Positions 1 through 7,970 of a stretch of DNA of 56,246 nt are shown piece by piece. This stretch comes from a virus. Taxonomy: Duplodnaviria; Caudoviricetes. The translations under genes were made by a program, and so were the position numbers. The notes beneath the pieces were generated by a model that worked only from the letters and a program-made list of their open reading frames with translations, was not told the DNA's origin and did no database searches. Position 1 is the stretch's first letter. Each line of letters begins with the position of its first letter. The stretch covers positions 1-56,246 of IMG/VR virus record IMGVR_UViG_3300015164_000001; one strand, written 5' to 3'.

Positions 1-3
1 GAC

Positions 4-1095
4 GTGGAACCGAACACGATCGCGCAGGCGCAGCAGGCCGCAAGCCTGCCCTTCATCGCCGGTCACGTCGCTCTCATGCCCGATGCTCACATCGGCATGG
101 GCGCGACGATCGGGTCAGTGATCCCGACTCAGGGGGCGATCATCCCGAGCGCGATCGGCGTTGATATCGGCTGCGGCATGATCGCGGTGCAGACGGACCT
201 GCGCGCCGAGCAGATGCCCGACTCACTGGACCGCCTGCTCTCCGAGTTCGGGCGCAGCATCCCCGCGGGCGTGGGGCAGGGGCACGGTACGGCACGTGAC
301 ATCGCAACGCCTGACCACTTCACGCAGAAGCAGCGGGCGACGGCGGAGAACCAGTACGGCTCGCTCGGCTCGGGCAATCACTTTGTGGAGGTCTGTCTCG
401 ACGAGGCCGAGTGCGTATGGGTCGTGCTCCACTCAGGCTCCCGCGGCATTGGCAACCAGCTCGCGAAGCAGCACATCGACGGGGCCAAGGCGCTGATGAA
501 GCGGTACTTCATCACGCTCGAGGATCCCGACCTCGCCTATCTCGTCGAAGGCTCCTACGAGTTCGGTGCCTACATCGCCGACATGCTCTGGGCGCAGGAA
601 TACGCGCTGGGCAACCGCGCCGCGATGATGGATGCCGCGCTCAATCAACTGTTCCGGTTCGTCGGCCACGGCACCGAGACGCTACGGATCAACTGCCATC
701 ACAACTTCACGCAGATGGAAAATCACCATGGGCGGAACGTATGGCTGACGCGCAAGGGTGCGATCAAGGCCGGCGTGGACGACCTTGGCGTCATCCCCGG
801 TTCGATGGGGACTCGCTCCTACATCGTGCGCGGCAAAGGCAACCCCGCCTCATATAACTCGTGCTCGCACGGCGCCGGCCGCCGGATGAGCCGATCGGCG
901 GCGCGCAAGACGCTGACGACGGAATCACTCGTCGAGGCGATGGCGGGCAAGACGTGGAATGCGGACCATGCGAAGGAGTTGCTCGACGAGCACCCGCAGA
1001 GCTACAAGGACATCGACCGCGTGATGGCCGACCAGTCCGACCTCGTGGAGGTGCTGCACACCCTGCGGCAAATCCTCAACTACAAGGGGTCCTGA
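4..1095 (+). CDS. rtcB: RtcB family RNA ligase (may start upstream of the window)
   Basis: Motifs MPDAHIG, GVDIGCG, GSGNHF, HSGSRG, HHN, RKGA, PGSMG, SCSHGAGR, YKDI. Confidence 0.95.
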   Translation: MEPNTIAQAQQAASLPFIAGHVALMPDAHIGMGATIGSVIPTQGAIIPSAIGVDIGCGMIAVQTDLRAEQMPDSLDRLLSEFGRSIPAGVGQGHGTARDIATPDHFTQKQRATAENQYGSLGSGNHFVEVCLDEAECVWVVLHSGSRGIGNQLAKQHIDGAKALMKRYFITLEDPDLAYLVEGSYEFGAYIADMLWAQEYALGNRAAMMDAALNQLFRFVGHGTETLRINCHHNFTQMENHHGRNVWLTRKGAIKAGVDDLGVIPGSMGTRSYIVRGKGNPASYNSCSHGAGRRMSRSAARKTLTTESLVEAMAGKTWNADHAKELLDEHPQSYKDIDRVMADQSDLVEVLHTLRQILNYKGS

Positions 1096-1111
1096 CCACT
1101 AGAGTCGAGCC

Positions 1112-1255
1112 GTTGTCGGACGGAGGCTCTCCCAGGTTGCCGCTGGGGAAAACCCATCCTCGAAAGAGGGTGACGGACATTAGCCAAGGTCGCGAGTACG
1201 CCGGAGGGTGAGCTTAAGAACGAGGCGCCGGTACGCGCCTACTCCGTCCGATGAC
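1112..1255 (+). ncRNA. Putative 144-nt structured RNA downstream of rtcB
   Basis: 1112-1125 pairs with 1242-1255 (14 bp, with GU pairs); internal hairpins including CATCCTC-GAAA-GAGGGTG; TAGAGT -10 box at 1100-1105 puts the predicted start at about 1112. Confidence 0.6.
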
Positions 1256-1279
1256 ACACAAGGTCTACGCTCGCGGCCA

Positions 1280-2380
1280 ATGCCCTGGTCGGTCTTTGAG
1301 AACGCACAGCGCGAGTTCTGTGTCGTCAAGAGTGGGAGCACGACGCCGGTCTCGCCGGGCTCGTGCCACAAGAACAAGCAGGACGCGATCCGCCAGTTGA
1401 AGGCGCTCTATGCGAACGTGCCCGATGCGCAGACCGCGGCGATGAGCGAGGACTGGCCGCTCGATCCGCCGCTGGCATGGTTCACCGAAATGCCGGAGTG
1501 GTTCACCCCCGGCGACAAGGGGACCCTCATTACCGATGGCCCGGAGGCCGGGCGATTCGCTGCGACGGTAGCGCCGCGCGGGCAGTGCATCCTTGATGGC
1601 TCGGGCAAGTGCTGGACCGCGCCCTTCTCGCCGACGAACTACGAAGCGGCGATGCAGGGCGACACGGTGACCGCCGAGGGGTTCCTGATCCACACGGCGA
1701 ATATCGGCGGCGGCATCGGCCATGCCCCGCCGATGGCGAAGATGCGCCAGGCGATCGATCACTACAGCGCCACCATGAGCCAACTTCTCCGGGTGTCTTA
1801 CCAAGATCAGGACTCGCACATCATCGCGTTGGGCGCGGCGTGGCCCGATCTCAGCGACCGCGACATCCGAACGATCCAAGCCTCGGCACTCTCGGGCGAC
1901 TGGCGCTTCCGCCCGGAGCTGGACGCCTACGACCTCGCCGGCGCGCAACTTGTGAGCGTGCCCGGGTTCCCGTTGATGGCCCGCAAGCCCGCCTCGTTCC
2001 AAGCCATGCCCTACGCTGCATCCCTAACCGAAGATCACCCGGCCATCGTTGGTGGCTGGCTCGAGGAGGACACCATGCCCCCGACCCCTGTCATCCCGCT
2101 CAGCCCCGTCGAAGTCGAAGCCCTGCGCGCCATGCTCGCACCCGCGCAGACCGCCGCGTGCTCCTGCGGTGCCCATACGGCCGCCCCGCCGCCCCCCGAC
2201 GGCACCAACGCGCCCCCGATGCCGACGAAGGTCCCGGACGCGGCCGCGGGCCAAGTGTCGGCGGATGACTTCGCCGCGCTGACCGCTCGTGTCGAAGCGC
2301 TCGAAGCCGACGCCATGGACCGCCAGCTCTCGGAGGTCGATGCACAATTCGCTGCTCTCCCGGAGCCTGCAACCGCCTGA
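1280..2380 (+). CDS. Capsid maturation protease-like protein (actinophage type)
   Basis: GHA...HY, LSGDWR and VSVPGFP motifs as in actinophage head protease-like proteins; TACGCT at 1266-1271 suggests a leaderless ATG at 1280. Confidence 0.6.
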   Translation: MPWSVFENAQREFCVVKSGSTTPVSPGSCHKNKQDAIRQLKALYANVPDAQTAAMSEDWPLDPPLAWFTEMPEWFTPGDKGTLITDGPEAGRFAATVAPRGQCILDGSGKCWTAPFSPTNYEAAMQGDTVTAEGFLIHTANIGGGIGHAPPMAKMRQAIDHYSATMSQLLRVSYQDQDSHIIALGAAWPDLSDRDIRTIQASALSGDWRFRPELDAYDLAGAQLVSVPGFPLMARKPASFQAMPYAASLTEDHPAIVGGWLEEDTMPPTPVIPLSPVEVEALRAMLAPAQTAACSCGAHTAAPPPPDGTNAPPMPTKVPDAAAGQVSADDFAALTARVEALEADAMDRQLSEVDAQFAALPEPATA

Positions 2381-2390
2381 CGAATCGCTC

Positions 2391-2441
2391 ACGCGACACG
2401 AACGCCCGACCGGCCCGCCCCGCGTCGGGCGTTCGTCGCGT
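2391..2441 (+). terminator. GC-rich hairpin after the protease gene
   Basis: ACGAACGCCCGAC (2398-2410) pairs with GTCGGGCGTTCGT (2424-2436), extended by ACGCG/CGCGT. Confidence 0.6.
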
Positions 2442-2501
2442 CTAGCCTTCGGTCGCGCCGTGTGGCGCACCATTTCCCGTGATGGGAAGAAGGAGGGCGT
2501 G

Positions 2502-2864
2502 ATGCCCCGAGAGTCAGTAACAGCAGTAGGCGGCAGCGAGTTCAGCATCCACGTCGGGTGGTCGCTGAATGGCTCGGTCCAAGTGGCGACCGAGATGGCC
2601 GATGGCAAGTCGATGTTTTGGCAGCTGCTCGGTAGTGACGCCGAACGGTTGGGGGCCGAAGTCCGCAAGGTCGTGGCCGAGGCCAATGAGCCGGGGCCAA
2701 AGCCGCTGGGGGACAACGCCATCGGCGAGAATGTCCTCAACGCCATCGACGTGATTGCTCCGACATATCGCGGGCTGTGGGCCGATCTCGACAGGGCAGG
2801 GGTGAACCGACTCATCCGCATTCTTCGCAAGGCACGGGATGCCGCCTTCGGGCGCGACGAGTAA
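2502..2864 (+). CDS. Conserved actinophage hypothetical protein
   Basis: AAGGAGG SD before ATG 2502; C-terminal LDRAGVNRLIRILRKARDAAFGRDE. Confidence 0.7.
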   Translation: MPRESVTAVGGSEFSIHVGWSLNGSVQVATEMADGKSMFWQLLGSDAERLGAEVRKVVAEANEPGPKPLGDNAIGENVLNAIDVIAPTYRGLWADLDRAGVNRLIRILRKARDAAFGRDE

Positions 2865-2958
2865 CGTTCGGCAGCGAAGCGGTTGTGTCATGTGGCGACG
2901 CCCCGAGCCGGCCCGTCCTTTGTGCGGGTTGGTCATCGGGGCGTGCGTCGCGTGAACG

Positions 2959-2975
2959 GTCCAACGCGCTAGAGT
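2959..2975 (+). promoter_or_regulatory. 17-bp promoter/operator motif copy 1 (GTCCAACGCGCTAGAGT)
   Basis: Ends in TAGAGT, 7 nt before GTG 2983; one of 8 copies. Confidence 0.75.
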
Positions 2976-2982
2976 CCGTTGC

Positions 2983-4080
2983 GTGAAGGTATTGGTTGTC
3001 CCGAGCGGCAACGATGCCAGCGCGGTCCTTCGGTTGATCTGGCCGGCGAATGGTCTGGCCGAACGAGGCCATGACGTGACCGTGACGGACCTGGGATGGC
3101 GCCTGGAGGTCTACACCGACGACGAGGGCAATCCGGTCGAACTAATGAACCAGCCGCGCTTCGATGTGATGGTCCTGCAACGCATGCAACTAGGGCGTCT
3201 GGTGCAGGCGATCCCGTTGCTGCAACGCGCCGGCGTGGCCGTTGTCGTCGACCTCGATGATGACTTCGAGCAGATCGACCGGAACAACGCGGCCTGGGCC
3301 GGTACCCAACCGCAGAATGATCGCGCTTACAACTATGAGCACCTGAAGCGAGCCTGCGCGACCGCCGATCTCGTCACGACCTCGACGCCGCTGCTGGCTG
3401 AGATCTACGCCAAGCACGGGCGTTCCGTCGTTGTGGCGAACCGCCTGCCGCGCCGGGTGTGCGAGTTCGAGCATGTCGAAGTCGACCCGCCGCGCATTGG
3501 GTGGGCGGGCGATGTCAAGACCCACCCGCGCGACTTACAGGTGACGCGCGGCATTGTGGCCCAGGTGCTCGACAAGACGGGCGCATCCTTTGTGCAGGTC
3601 GGACCGGGAGGCGCGGCGGCGCTTCTCGGGATCAAGCGCAGCGAGAGGCATCCGCACATGCGCGGCACACCGGAATGTTTCCCCGAGGAGATGGCGACGG
3701 GCTTCGTCCCCTTCGAGCAGTGGTACGCGTCGGTCAATGCGAACATCGACATCGGAATCGCACCGCTGGCTCCGACGCGCTTCAACGACTGCAAGAGTGG
3801 TCTGAAATTGCTGGAGCACTCTGCTCTGGGCATTCCCTGCGTGGTGACACCGACGCCCGACAACATGCGGCTCCACGCTCTGGGGATGGGCATCTACGCC
3901 CGCAAGCCGCGGGATTGGGAACGGGAACTGACGAAGCTGGCGACGGATGCCGGCTGGCGAGGGGAAGTCGCGGCCCGATCGAAGGAAGCGGCCCGTTCCG
4001 AGGTCCTCGAAGATCATCTGCATGAGTGGAGCGATGCATGGGAACTAGCGCGCGACCACCATCAGTGGCGTCGTGGATAG
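2983..4080 (+). CDS. Glycosyltransferase (GT-B-like)
   Basis: VVVDLDDD, ADLVTTSTP, IGWAG, DIGIAPL...FNDCKSGLKLLE motifs of phage glycosyltransferases. Confidence 0.85.
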   Translation: MKVLVVPSGNDASAVLRLIWPANGLAERGHDVTVTDLGWRLEVYTDDEGNPVELMNQPRFDVMVLQRMQLGRLVQAIPLLQRAGVAVVVDLDDDFEQIDRNNAAWAGTQPQNDRAYNYEHLKRACATADLVTTSTPLLAEIYAKHGRSVVVANRLPRRVCEFEHVEVDPPRIGWAGDVKTHPRDLQVTRGIVAQVLDKTGASFVQVGPGGAAALLGIKRSERHPHMRGTPECFPEEMATGFVPFEQWYASVNANIDIGIAPLAPTRFNDCKSGLKLLEHSALGIPCVVTPTPDNMRLHALGMGIYARKPRDWERELTKLATDAGWRGEVAARSKEAARSEVLEDHLHEWSDAWELARDHHQWRRG

Positions 4081-4171
4081 CGGGTTCCGCGGCATCCTCT
4101 ATGGCTGCGCCTTCTCCCTGGTGCTCTGGGCTGTGGTGATTGGGCTGCTGCTCATCGGTCTAACGCGCTAG
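4073..4171 (+). CDS. Small membrane peptide (32 aa)
   Basis: MDSGFRGILYGCAFSLVLWAVVIGLLLIGLTR fills the gap; one hydrophobic helix. Confidence 0.45.
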   Translation: MDSGFRGILYGCAFSLVLWAVVIGLLLIGLTR

Positions 4172-4174
4172 AGT
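4158..4174 (+). promoter_or_regulatory. 17-bp motif copy 2 (GTCTAACGCGCTAGAGT)
   Basis: 6 nt before ATG 4181. Confidence 0.75.
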
Positions 4175-4180
4175 CGGGGC

Positions 4181-4444
4181 ATGACAGAGACAACCGACGA
4201 GAACCGCGACCCGCCCGACTTCACGGAGTTGCAGATCATCGAAGGGCTGCAACTGCTGCTGGACATGGGGCTTCTTCATCAGGCCCGGCTGAATCCCGAG
4301 ACGAAGGAACGACCATGGGAACTGCGCTACGGCTCGCTCGATGCGGAGGGCGTCATGTACGAGATCCACTTCACGCGCGATGAGGCGGTCGCGTTCCTCG
4401 TTGGCACGCAGATCGCGCTGACGGATGTAATTGTCAATGCCTGA
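4181..4444 (+). CDS. Hypothetical protein
   Basis: Leaderless ATG after the motif; overlaps the next gene. Confidence 0.65.
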   Translation: MTETTDENRDPPDFTELQIIEGLQLLLDMGLLHQARLNPETKERPWELRYGSLDAEGVMYEIHFTRDEAVAFLVGTQIALTDVIVNA

Positions 4445-5177
4445 CGCGTCCGTATGTGTGGTCTCGACAGCGCGCGAGTACAAGAACACGGGCGCCGGGG
4501 ACACCAGCCCGGCGATCCTGTCGTGGCTCACCTGGGGCGAGCGGTGGCGTGATGCCGGCCACCGCTTCTTCGCTGCGATCCAGCGCGACACCTACCACGA
4601 TGACGCCATGGAGGGGCTCGGCGAGATCGTGCGCTCGGTCGGCGGCACGGTGTGGGAGTTCCGCATTGACGAGGGGCTGAGCGAGATCAACAACAGCGCG
4701 CGGCTCGCGGGAATCACGATGGGCCGCAATCTGGCCCACGAGTTCGCGCAGCGCGACCCATCCATCACCCATCTCCTGTTCGTCGACAGCGACGTGACGC
4801 CGCCGGCGGACGCGGTGGAGCGGCTACTAGAGGTCTACGAGCGCTTCCCCGAGCATTCCCTCGTCGGCGGTGACATCACGATCTATGGATTGCATGGCGA
4901 AGCAGTGAAGGGCGCACCGAAGGCGTGGAACCTGCAAGAGCACTGGGTGAGCGCGGGCCTTCTCATGATGAGGCGTGATGCCTTCACGAAGCTGCGATGG
5001 CGATGGGACCTGATGTCGGGGATCACAGATGACCCCTTGATGGCCATGGACGCCGAGGCCATGGGCTTTGGAACGACGCTCTGTCGTCACTCCGTTGTCG
5101 GCCAGCACTTCCCGGCGAACCGACTGCCAGCCTTCGACCAGCGCGGTCACGATCTGTCCCTGTCGAAAGAGGTTTGA
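4437..5177 (+). CDS. Glycosyltransferase family 2-like (GT-A)
   Basis: GRNLA...THLLFVDSDV DxD motif; LLMMRRDAF; TDDP. Confidence 0.75.
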   Translation: MPDASVCVVSTAREYKNTGAGDTSPAILSWLTWGERWRDAGHRFFAAIQRDTYHDDAMEGLGEIVRSVGGTVWEFRIDEGLSEINNSARLAGITMGRNLAHEFAQRDPSITHLLFVDSDVTPPADAVERLLEVYERFPEHSLVGGDITIYGLHGEAVKGAPKAWNLQEHWVSAGLLMMRRDAFTKLRWRWDLMSGITDDPLMAMDAEAMGFGTTLCRHSVVGQHFPANRLPAFDQRGHDLSLSKEV

Positions 5178-5764
5178 GCCGGATGGCCTATCGCGAACGA
5201 CTGCGGGAGATGCCGACGTCCGAAGAGCTGGCGACGATGTACCGATCGCCGCACGACCACCGCCTCTACGGCGACGGCCACAGCCTGCGGGTCCATGCGA
5301 CGATCGGCGTGGCGAAGTGGCTCGCAGCCTCCCGCAATGCGCGGACGCTCGCCGATCTGTCGTGTGGCAACGCCGAGATCGCCCGCGCGGTCTCGCTGAT
5401 GGGAATGGCGATTCCGGTCCTCGGTGACTTCGCGCCGGGGTTTCAGTTGACGGGGCCGATCGAAGAGACCATCGAGGCGATCCACCCCGTCGACCTGTTC
5501 ATCTGCTCGGAGACCGTGGAGCACCTCGACGACCCCGACGCGGTGCTCGCCCGCATCCGCACGAAGGCGCGCCTGCTCATCCTGACGACGCCGATCGGTG
5601 AAGGCCCGGGCGGCAACCCCGAACACATCTGGGGCTGGTCACAGGAGGCGGTGGGCGAGATGCTGGCGGCGGCGGGTTGGACGACGTTGGCACGCGCCGA
5701 CCTGCAGATATCGAGTGTCGGTCCGATCGAAGGATATAATTACATGGTTTGGGCGTGCTGCTGA
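5174..5764 (+). CDS. Class I SAM-dependent methyltransferase
   Basis: DLSCGNA motif I; DLFICSETVEHLDDP; LILTTP. Confidence 0.8.
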   Translation: MSRMAYRERLREMPTSEELATMYRSPHDHRLYGDGHSLRVHATIGVAKWLAASRNARTLADLSCGNAEIARAVSLMGMAIPVLGDFAPGFQLTGPIEETIEAIHPVDLFICSETVEHLDDPDAVLARIRTKARLLILTTPIGEGPGGNPEHIWGWSQEAVGEMLAAAGWTTLARADLQISSVGPIEGYNYMVWACC

Positions 5765-6261
5765 TGGCTGCTGCTGACCATCCGTATTACAAGCGGTGGG
5801 CGGGCATGGTTGGTCGATGCCACAATCCCAACGATCAGGAATACCACCGCTATGGCGCTCGCGGCATCACGGTCGTGACCGAATGGCGCGAGTCGGCGAC
5901 GTTCCTGGCCTATCTTGATGCCGAGCTGGGACCTTGCCCGACAGGCTGGTCCCTCGACCGCATCGACACAAACGGCAACTACGAGCCTGGCAACATTCGC
6001 TGGGCGTCTGCGGCTACTCAGCGACGCAACCAGCGTCGGGTCGAAGACCTGACCGACAAGACCGTTGGCCGTTGGACTGTGCTCGGTCGCGATCCGGATC
6101 GGTGGAGCTATTGGCTCTGCCGTTGTAATTGCGGAATCGCACGATCTGTCAGAGGCGTGAACCTCATGCGTGCCTATCGTGGGTTCCAGGGCCGAGGTCG
6201 CAGCACGTCATGCGGATGCGCTAAGCGCGAGCATCCCAACTGGAAGAAAGCGGCGTCGTGA
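5764..6261 (+). CDS. HNH-type homing endonuclease-like protein
   Basis: W..M..RC...YGARGI, SLDRIDTNGNYEPGNIRWA, WLCRCNCG...SCGC. Confidence 0.8.
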   Translation: MAAADHPYYKRWAGMVGRCHNPNDQEYHRYGARGITVVTEWRESATFLAYLDAELGPCPTGWSLDRIDTNGNYEPGNIRWASAATQRRNQRRVEDLTDKTVGRWTVLGRDPDRWSYWLCRCNCGIARSVRGVNLMRAYRGFQGRGRSTSCGCAKREHPNWKKAAS

Positions 6262-6956
6262 TCCTCATTGCGACCACGCTGACGACATTCGCGATGGCTG
6301 GAGAGGAAACTTGGGCCTCGTGGCTTCGCAACGCGGAGGCGATGCGGGAGAGCCACCCCGAGGGCGTCTCGTTCTTCGCCGCCATCGAGACCGATGCCCG
6401 CGGGCTGGAACCGTTCAAGCCGCTGCTGGCGCGGCTGGCCGAACTCGGCGGTGAGTGGTGGGAGTACCGCCTGGATGACCGCCGCACCAGCATCGGCACC
6501 TTGTCGAGGTTGCGCCATATCGTCTGCGGGCAGAATCTGTGCACGGACTTCGCGGTGGCGGCCGGCGCGTCGCATCTGCTCTTCCTGGCCGCGGATCTCG
6601 AACCCCCGCCCGACGCCATCCCCAAGCTCCTCGAACTGCAATGGCCCATCGTCGGCGGCGAGGTCACGACATACTGCCTCAGCGGCAAGCCGGTCGAGGG
6701 CTACGCCTTCCCGGTCGAGGCGCACATGGCCACCGCCGCGTTCGTGATGATGGAGCGGGCGGTGTTCAATCAACTCCGCTGGCGGTGGGATCGCGAGGCC
6801 GGGATGTCCGACGATCCGTGTCTGCACCATGACGCGCTGACGCTGCTCGGCATCGAGACCTACGTGCGCAAGGACTGCATCGGCATTCACCATCCGACGA
6901 GCATCGGGGCCATCGAGACGAGATTCCCCGGTCGTGACATGACGGTCTACCGATGA
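6258..6956 (+). CDS. Glycosyltransferase family 2-like, paralog of 4437..5177
   Basis: Shares FFAAI, WE(Y/F)R.D, HLLF..D..PP.DA...LLE, VGG, LRWRWD, DDP with the upstream GT. Confidence 0.75.
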   Translation: MILIATTLTTFAMAGEETWASWLRNAEAMRESHPEGVSFFAAIETDARGLEPFKPLLARLAELGGEWWEYRLDDRRTSIGTLSRLRHIVCGQNLCTDFAVAAGASHLLFLAADLEPPPDAIPKLLELQWPIVGGEVTTYCLSGKPVEGYAFPVEAHMATAAFVMMERAVFNQLRWRWDREAGMSDDPCLHHDALTLLGIETYVRKDCIGIHHPTSIGAIETRFPGRDMTVYR

Positions 6957-7840
6957 GGACCGCGCTCGTGACCGGGCACCGTGGCTTCGTCGGGACGCAC
7001 ATCGCTCAGCGGCTGGCCGACGACGGCTGGATGGTGACGGGATGTGACATCGCCGACCACCCGCGCTATCGGCGCGACTGCCGTGACCTCTTCGCCACCG
7101 ACGACACGGTGTGGGATCTCGTCGTTCATGCGGCGGCCATCGTGGGTGGACGCCTGACGATCAGCAACGACCCGCTGGCGATCGCGGTGGACCTTGAGAT
7201 CGACGCCGCGATGTTCCGATGGGCAGTCCGCACGAAGCAGAAGCGCGTCGTCTACTTCTCGTCGAGCGCGGCCTACCCGACTCGCATGCAGGAAGGATCG
7301 TCGCCAAGGCCCCTGGCCGAGACTGATATGGATGTCGTCGACGGGCTCCTCGGCGTTCCAGACGCCGTCTATGGCTGGTCGAAGGTGACGGGTGAGCTGC
7401 TGGCGGCCTGCGCGGAGGCCGAGGGTGTGCCGGTCCACGTCTTCCGCCCATTCTCCGGCTATGGCCCCGGCCAGTCTCTCGACTACCCGTTCCCCACCTA
7501 TATCGAGCGGGCGCAGCGCGCATCGCCCGACTTCCATGTGTGGGGCGACGGGCGCCAAGTCCGAGACTTCGTGCATATCGACGATGTCGTCGGCTGCGTC
7601 ATGGCAGCGATCGATCAGGACTTCCGGGCGCCGCTGAACATCGGCACGGGCCGGCCGACGAACTTCAACCAGCTCGCCAAGATGTGCATGGCCGAGGCGG
7701 GCTACAGCGCCCCGATCTTCCACGACACGACGAAGCCGACGGGGCCGAGCTACCGGGTGGCTGACGTGACCCGGATGCTGTCGGTGTATGCCCCGAAGGT
7801 GTCGCTCGAGGAAGGCATCCGGCGCGCCCTGGCGTCCTGA
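6953..7840 (+). CDS. NAD-dependent nucleotide-sugar epimerase/dehydratase
   Basis: TGHRGFVG, SSSAAY, YGWSK, GDGRQVRDFVHIDD, NIGTG. Confidence 0.92.
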   Translation: MRTALVTGHRGFVGTHIAQRLADDGWMVTGCDIADHPRYRRDCRDLFATDDTVWDLVVHAAAIVGGRLTISNDPLAIAVDLEIDAAMFRWAVRTKQKRVVYFSSSAAYPTRMQEGSSPRPLAETDMDVVDGLLGVPDAVYGWSKVTGELLAACAEAEGVPVHVFRPFSGYGPGQSLDYPFPTYIERAQRASPDFHVWGDGRQVRDFVHIDDVVGCVMAAIDQDFRAPLNIGTGRPTNFNQLAKMCMAEAGYSAPIFHDTTKPTGPSYRVADVTRMLSVYAPKVSLEEGIRRALAS

Positions 7841-7970
7841 TTTGACAACAGGGCCACGCGTCGTGTCTACAATCTGATCTAGCGCAGCGACCGTGAACGG
7901 TCGGCCGGTCCCGCCTTGAGCGGCTCGGGCAGCGATGTGAGTACACCCATCCTGCAAGGAGAGTCCCGCA

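Noticed and set aside
1141-1225. Hairpin ribozyme or c-di-GMP-I riboswitch in the rtcB-adjacent RNA
   Set aside because: GGAAAAC/GGACATTAG resembles loop B and a GAAA stem is present, but loop A helices do not pair and the riboswitch's second stem is missing
7842-7873. TTGACA...TACAAT promoter before the capsid gene
   Set aside because: Both boxes are near consensus but the 20-bp spacing is too long to call with confidence
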